Shown here: positions 60,150-64,000 of the stretch, piece after piece
Position numbering within the stretch: the first letter of the stretch is position 1
How the letters are laid out: each line of letters begins with the position of its first letter
Source: Planctomycetota bacterium
GTDB lineage: Bacteria; Planctomycetota; UBA1135
DNA length: 64,000 nt
Reading direction: 5' to 3'
Assembly (NCBI GenBank): GCA_003696625.1
Contig: RFGR01000153.1
Coordinates: forward strand, 519-64,518
Notes under the pieces: generated by a model
What the model was told of the DNA's origin: nothing
The model's database searches: none
Seen by the model: the letters and a program-made list of their open reading frames with translations, nothing else
Program-made: the position numbers and the translations under genes

Positions 60150-60155
60150 ATTATG
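60150..60155 (-). promoter_or_regulatory. Candidate -10 box CATAAT, 7 nt upstream of FIST ATG (leaderless geometry)
   Basis: Minus strand CATAAT-CCCTCGG-ATG. Confidence 0.35.
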
Positions 60156-60182
60156 CCCCCGCGCCGCGCCGGCTCGCCCGGC

Positions 60183-62249
60183 TCAGCGCGGGAAGGCCTG
60201 CGGGATGCCCCCGTCGACCGGAATCGCGCAGCCGGTGGTGCACGGCGCCTCGGCCGCGAGCCAGAGCACCGCCCGGCCGACGTCCTCGGCGCTGACCGTG
60301 GTCCGCAGCAGGTTGCGGCGGCGGTAGTGCTCCTCCAGCTCCTCCGGCGCCAGCCCCTTCGAACGGGCCCGGTCGGGGCCGACCTCCGCCCAGAGGCCGG
60401 AGGGGTTGTCGCCGTGGCGGAAGACCGCGTCCGGGCAGACCGCGTTCACCCGCACCCCGTCGGCGGCCAGCTCGAGCGCGGCGATCCGGGCGAGCTGGTG
60501 GGCGCCGGCCTTGCTCGCGCTGTAGGCGCCGAAGGCGGCACCCGGCGCCGGCACGTTCTTGGAGCTGACCAGCACCACCGACCCGCCCAGCCCCTGCTCG
60601 CGCAGGATGCGGCCGCCGGCGCGCAAGGTGAGGAAGACGCCGGTCAGGTTGACCTCGACCAGCCGGCGGAACGCGGCCGGATCCTCCTCGACCAGCTCGG
60701 CGACCCGGGCGGCGCCGGCGTTCGGCACCAGGACGTCGAGCCCGCCGGACCGGCGCAGGACCTCGGCCAAGGCGGCGTCGAGCGAGGACTCGTCGGTCAC
60801 GTCGGCGGCCAGACCGAAGGCCGCGTGCGGACCGTGCTCGGCCCGGATCCGGGCCGCCGCCGCCTCGGCCCGGCCGGCGTCCAGGTCGAGCAGGGCGACC
60901 ACCGCCCCGGCCCCGGCCAGGACGGCGCCAATCCCCTCGCCGATGGCGCCGCCGCCGCCGGTGACCACCGCCACTCGTCCGGCCAGCGGCGGCGGGGTTC
61001 CGCGGCCGAGCTTGGCCTGCTCGAGCGACCAGTACTCCATGCCGAAGAGTTCGAGTTCGTCGAGGCCGCGGAAGGGGCCGAGGGCGCTGGCGGCGGCCTT
61101 GGTCCGCAGCGTGTGAGCGGCCAGATCGGCCGCCGCCGCCGCCGCCGCCGCGGTCGGGCCGGCGGCGAAGACCCCCGCCTCCGGCACCAGGACCACCCGC
61201 GGCGCCGGGTCCAGCTCGCGGCGGGGGCCGCAGCGGGCGCAGCCGCGCTCGAAGTAGGCGTGGTACTCCCTGGCGTAGGCGGCCACCGCGGCGTCGATCG
61301 CGTCGGCCTCGGCCCAGCAGGGCAGGTTCTTGGTCCGCAGCGTGTGGTCCGGGGTCAGGGGCGGGGTCAAGAACAGCTCCCGCGCCCCGGGCGCGGCCAC
61401 CAGGCCGCTCAGCTCCTCGTCGTCCAGCCAGCGCAGGATCGGCGGCCGCGGCAGGTGCGCCGCCAGCGCCCGCCGCAGGCGCGGGGCCACCTCCGCGGCT
61501 CGGCGCCGGGCGGCCTCGTGGCGGGCCGCTCCCCAATCGGCCGGCACCGCAACCCGCGGCGGCCCGGCCTCGGCCAGGAATCGTTCGGCGGCGTCAACCA
61601 GGGCGATGTGGCGCTCGTAGGACTCGCGGGCGGTCTCGCCGAAGGTGAACAGGCCGTGGCGGTGGAGGACGATGCCCTCGACCTCCGGCCGCTCCTCGTG
61701 CAGCCGCGCCACCTCCTGCGCCAGCGGAAAGCCGGGCATGACGAAAGGCAGCGCCGCCACCCGATCGCCGAAGGCCTCGGCGACGAACTCCTCGCCCCGC
61801 TCCTGGTCGCTCAAGGCCAGGATCGCGTCGGCGTGGCTGTGGTCGACGAAGCGGTGCGGCAGGAAGGCGTGCAACAGGGTCTCGACCGAGGGGTTGGGCG
61901 AACGCGCGTCGAGCAGGTGGCGGCGGAGCTGGTTGACCATCTCCTCGTCGTCCAGTTCGGTCAGCCCGCGCAGCCGTTGCAGCCCGGCCAGGTCGAGCGC
62001 CGGCAGTCCGGCCGGCTCGATCCCGGCCAGGTCCCAGCCGGAGCCCTTGACGTGGATCCGGTCCTGCGGCGCCCCGAACAGGTCGCGCCCGGTGGTCTTC
62101 ACCGAGACGTTGCCGCCGCCGTGGAGGACCAGCGCCGGGTCGGCGCCGATCAGGCGGGCGGAGTAGATCCGCAGGGCCAGGTCGGGTCCGTAGGCGGCGT
62201 AGCGGGCGAGGGAATCCTCGGCTTCCTGATCGTTCCAGCGGCTCTCCAT
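60183..62249 (-). CDS. Bifunctional class II aldolase / short-chain dehydrogenase
   Basis: 688 aa. N-terminal aldolase/adducin domain (HGGGNVSVK, HSHADA), then a C-terminal SDR (VTGGGGAIGEG, YSASKAG). Confidence 0.85.
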   Translation of the reverse strand: MESRWNDQEAEDSLARYAAYGPDLALRIYSARLIGADPALVLHGGGNVSVKTTGRDLFGAPQDRIHVKGSGWDLAGIEPAGLPALDLAGLQRLRGLTELDDEEMVNQLRRHLLDARSPNPSVETLLHAFLPHRFVDHSHADAILALSDQERGEEFVAEAFGDRVAALPFVMPGFPLAQEVARLHEERPEVEGIVLHRHGLFTFGETARESYERHIALVDAAERFLAEAGPPRVAVPADWGAARHEAARRRAAEVAPRLRRALAAHLPRPPILRWLDDEELSGLVAAPGARELFLTPPLTPDHTLRTKNLPCWAEADAIDAAVAAYAREYHAYFERGCARCGPRRELDPAPRVVLVPEAGVFAAGPTAAAAAAAADLAAHTLRTKAAASALGPFRGLDELELFGMEYWSLEQAKLGRGTPPPLAGRVAVVTGGGGAIGEGIGAVLAGAGAVVALLDLDAGRAEAAAARIRAEHGPHAAFGLAADVTDESSLDAALAEVLRRSGGLDVLVPNAGAARVAELVEEDPAAFRRLVEVNLTGVFLTLRAGGRILREQGLGGSVVLVSSKNVPAPGAAFGAYSASKAGAHQLARIAALELAADGVRVNAVCPDAVFRHGDNPSGLWAEVGPDRARSKGLAPEELEEHYRRRNLLRTTVSAEDVGRAVLWLAAEAPCTTGCAIPVDGGIPQAFPR

Positions 62250-62336
62250 GAATCTGGTCCTGCTCGGTGGTCCGGAATGCCGCCTCCGGGAGTAACCCGG
62301 GGCGGTTTCGTTCGTCTTGCCTAGGGGGAACTGCTT

Positions 62337-62708
62337 CTACGGCTCCGGCGATTCCTGCCAGAGCCCGTGCTGGGCGCCCCCCAGGAAGTAGATCGCGCAT
62401 CGGCCGCGGCCAGGGATCTCGGTCGGGGGCAGCGCCAGCTCGCCGCCGGCCGCAACCGCCGCCGCGACCGCCGCTTCGATGTCCTCGACCAGAAAATAAG
62501 GCCGGGTCGCCGGCTCCTCCTCCTCGTGCATCGGCGCCCGCACACTGAGCAGCGCGCCAGACGGAAGCGGCGCGGTGCGGGCCATGCCGAACTCGGGCAC
62601 GGGCTCGGAGAAGACCAGGCCGAGCGCGTCGGAGTAGGCGGCGCAGACCGCCTCGGCCTCGGGGGTGACGATCTCGAGGAAGTGGAGGTTCTGGGGCGAC
62701 GGCGGCAT
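62337..62708 (-). CDS. Small VOC/glyoxalase-fold-like protein
   Basis: 123 aa. A single beta-alpha-beta-beta-beta-like module (LHFLEIVTPE...YFLVEDIEAAV...GGE). Weak assignment. Confidence 0.45.
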   Translation of the reverse strand: MPPSPQNLHFLEIVTPEAEAVCAAYSDALGLVFSEPVPEFGMARTAPLPSGALLSVRAPMHEEEEPATRPYFLVEDIEAAVAAAVAAGGELALPPTEIPGRGRCAIYFLGGAQHGLWQESPEP

Positions 62709-62753
62709 GGCCGCCCCACGATAGCCCCCGCCCGCCCGAACGACGATCCAGGG

Positions 62754-64000
62754 TTACACCGGAAGTTCCGGATCGGGTCCAGCCGGTGGGACCAGATTCA
62801 CGCGCTCGTCGTAGTAGCACGCTCCCCCGCCCAGATCCGTGGCCCGCGGCGCGATCAGCGCGTTGGCCGCGCGCCCGGCCGACCTCCAGCCGCCCTTGTC
62901 CATCCTGAGAATCCGCGGGTGCAGGCGGTCGTCGTGGCGGAGGACGACCTCCAGCTCGCCGTGGGGGCTAACCACCCGGGCCCGGGCGCCGTCGCCCAGA
63001 CCGCCGGCGGCGCTCGGGTGGACCCGCGCCTCGGGCGGCCCCGGTCGGCGCTGGAAGACGGCTTGGCTGCCCTGGCTGGAGGGAGTGGAGACCGCGGTCA
63101 GGTAGAGCGGCCACTCCTCGTCGGTGGCCGGGATCGCCGACGGCGCCTCCTTCAGCAGGCGGGCGCGGCCGTCGGCGGTACGGAAACGGCGGCCGGCGAA
63201 GACCACCCGCTCGGCCTCCGGGTTGCGGACGGCGCCGCGGGCCCGCAGCTCCGCGAGCGAGGCGCCGGCGGCCGCGACTCGGGACAGGGCCCGGCGTTGC
63301 CACTCCTCGACCGGATGGTCGAACTCCTCAGCCAGGCCGACCCGGCGGGCCAGGCCGCGGACGATCTCGAGATCGGTCCGGACCCCTTCCGGCGGCGGCA
63401 CCACCGCCCGCTGCAGGCCCAGCCAGTGGTGGCCGTAGGCACCGCAGAGGTCGTCCTCCTCGAGCATGGTCGCGCAGGGCAGGACCAAGTCGGCGCACTG
63501 GGCCGTGTCGGTCAGGAAGCTGTCGACCACCACCACGAACTCGCGCCGCCGCAACGCCGCCGCCAGTCGCGCCGAGCCGGGCAGCATCGCCACCGGGTTG
63601 GCGGCGTCGATCCAGACCATCCGCACCGGCGGGTCGCCGGCGGTGTCGAGTTCCTCGGCCAGCAGCGGTTCGAGCAGCCGGCGCGGCGGCTCGACCGGAC
63701 CGACGAAGTCGAGGGTGAAGGCGCTGCGGCGGCCGCAGTAGAAGGAGACACCGGCGCCCGCCACGCCGATCTGGCCGGTGACCGCGGCCAGGGCGTCGAT
63801 CGCCCGCACCGCGGCGCCGCCGTTGGCGCGTCGCTGCAGCCCCCAGCCGAGCAGGATCGAGACCGGCTCCGCCGCCGGGCCGGCGGCGAAGAACCCGGCC
63901 AGCTCGTCGAGGGCCGCCGCCGGCAGCCCGGTCGGCGCCAGCCAATCCTCGGCCGTCCGCGAGGCGACCAGCCGCCGGTGCTCCTCGAGCCCGGCGCACC
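62754..64000 (-). CDS. Molybdopterin (bis-MGD) oxidoreductase family protein, N-terminus outside window
   Basis: The track ORF starts at an internal GTG (63809). I hand-translated the same frame from 63917 down to 63810 and it stays open (..AALDELAGFFAAGPAAEPVSILLGWGLQRRANGGAAVRAIDAL). The remaining 63918-63998 was not translated, so extension to the window edge is assumed. Carries the C-terminal molydopterin-dinucleotide-binding barrel (VHPSAAGGLGDGARARVVSPHGELEV). Confidence 0.8.
   Translation of the reverse strand, partial: CAGLEEHRRLVASRTAEDWLAPTGLPAAALDELAGFFAAGPAAEPVSILLGWGLQRRANGGAAVRAIDALAAVTGQIGVAGAGVSFYCGRRSAFTLDFVGPVEPPRRLLEPLLAEELDTAGDPPVRMVWIDAANPVAMLPGSARLAAALRRREFVVVVDSFLTDTAQCADLVLPCATMLEEDDLCGAYGHHWLGLQRAVVPPPEGVRTDLEIVRGLARRVGLAEEFDHPVEEWQRRALSRVAAAGASLAELRARGAVRNPEAERVVFAGRRFRTADGRARLLKEAPSAIPATDEEWPLYLTAVSTPSSQGSQAVFQRRPGPPEARVHPSAAGGLGDGARARVVSPHGELEVVLRHDDRLHPRILRMDKGGWRSAGRAANALIAPRATDLGGGACYYDERVNLVPPAGPDPELPV

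Noticed and set aside
60183-62249. Rhamnose catabolic operon, suggested by the aldolase/SDR fusion
   Set aside because: No rhamnose isomerase, rhamnulokinase, mutarotase or sugar transporter gene is adjacent. The neighbours are FIST, a VOC-like protein and a molybdoenzyme, so the substrate cannot be inferred.
1-64000. Mobile elements, CRISPR arrays, tRNA/rRNA genes, toxin-antitoxin or known defence-system genes
   Set aside because: I saw no transposase, integrase or recombinase motifs, no regularly spaced repeats, no tRNA-like T-loop/acceptor pattern in the gaps, and no nuclease, helicase or ATPase defence signatures. This is visual inspection only. tRNAscan, CRISPR detection and defence-system HMM scans would be decisive.

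Overview
This is a very GC-rich chromosomal segment; 60-nt lines counted by hand give about 68-75% GC outside one island. The host is a diderm bacterium, judged from lipoboxes, an outer-membrane beta-barrel, Wza, and LpoB/YcfL-type lipoproteins. The phylum cannot be fixed without database searches. The window is almost entirely coding. I call 59 CDS, none obviously disrupted, and I saw no rRNA, tRNA, CRISPR array, transposase or integrase. All family calls come from recognising motifs in the supplied translations, not from searches. Starts were re-derived from the ORF track because most long track ORFs begin in GC-driven shadow sequence.

Gene blocks:
- (i) 1-8.5 kb: a DNA-repair glycosylase, then an exported redox cluster. 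It holds a cytochrome b562-like protein, two Tat-signal Gfo/Idh/MocA dehydrogenases, a secreted FGE-family protein, a lipoprotein ApbE, a PepSY-type membrane protein and a DUF4920 lipoprotein.
- (ii) 8.6-13.2 kb: an rRNA-modification gene pair and pntAA-pntAB-pntB.
- (iii) 13.2-22.4 kb: a GH172 protein, a PlsC-type acyltransferase, two tandem EAL-CZB genes, an exported HCX5R lipoprotein, an LTXXQ protein and an SLC13 permease.
- (iv) 22.4-39.2 kb: a Wzx/Wzy/Wzc/Wza polysaccharide locus with two sulfotransferases, two priming phosphoglycosyl transferases, and a lower-GC half.
- (v) 39.3-43.7 kb: an iron-complex/cobalamin-type ABC importer whose three genes are interleaved with gmhA and an outer-membrane barrel on the other strand.
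- (vi) 43.8-53.6 kb: a contiguous phosphate island, phoB-phoR-pstSCAB-phoU plus a Na/Pi symporter and a PhoU-like gene.
- (vii) 53.7-64 kb: a membrane alkaline-phosphatase-superfamily enzyme, Trm112/HIT, an LpoB-YcfL-large-lipoprotein trio, FIST, an aldolase/SDR fusion, a VOC protein and a partial molybdopterin oxidoreductase.

Most interesting observations:
- The active/degenerate EAL-CZB tandem.
- The putative sulfated (possibly zwitterionic) polysaccharide locus.
- Three PHO boxes built from 11-nt CTTCACC direct repeats with conserved promoter geometry.
- A recurrent TAnnnT box 6-8 nt upstream of start codons, which implies widespread leaderless mRNAs.
- An orphan plus-strand terminator in a 275-nt gap.
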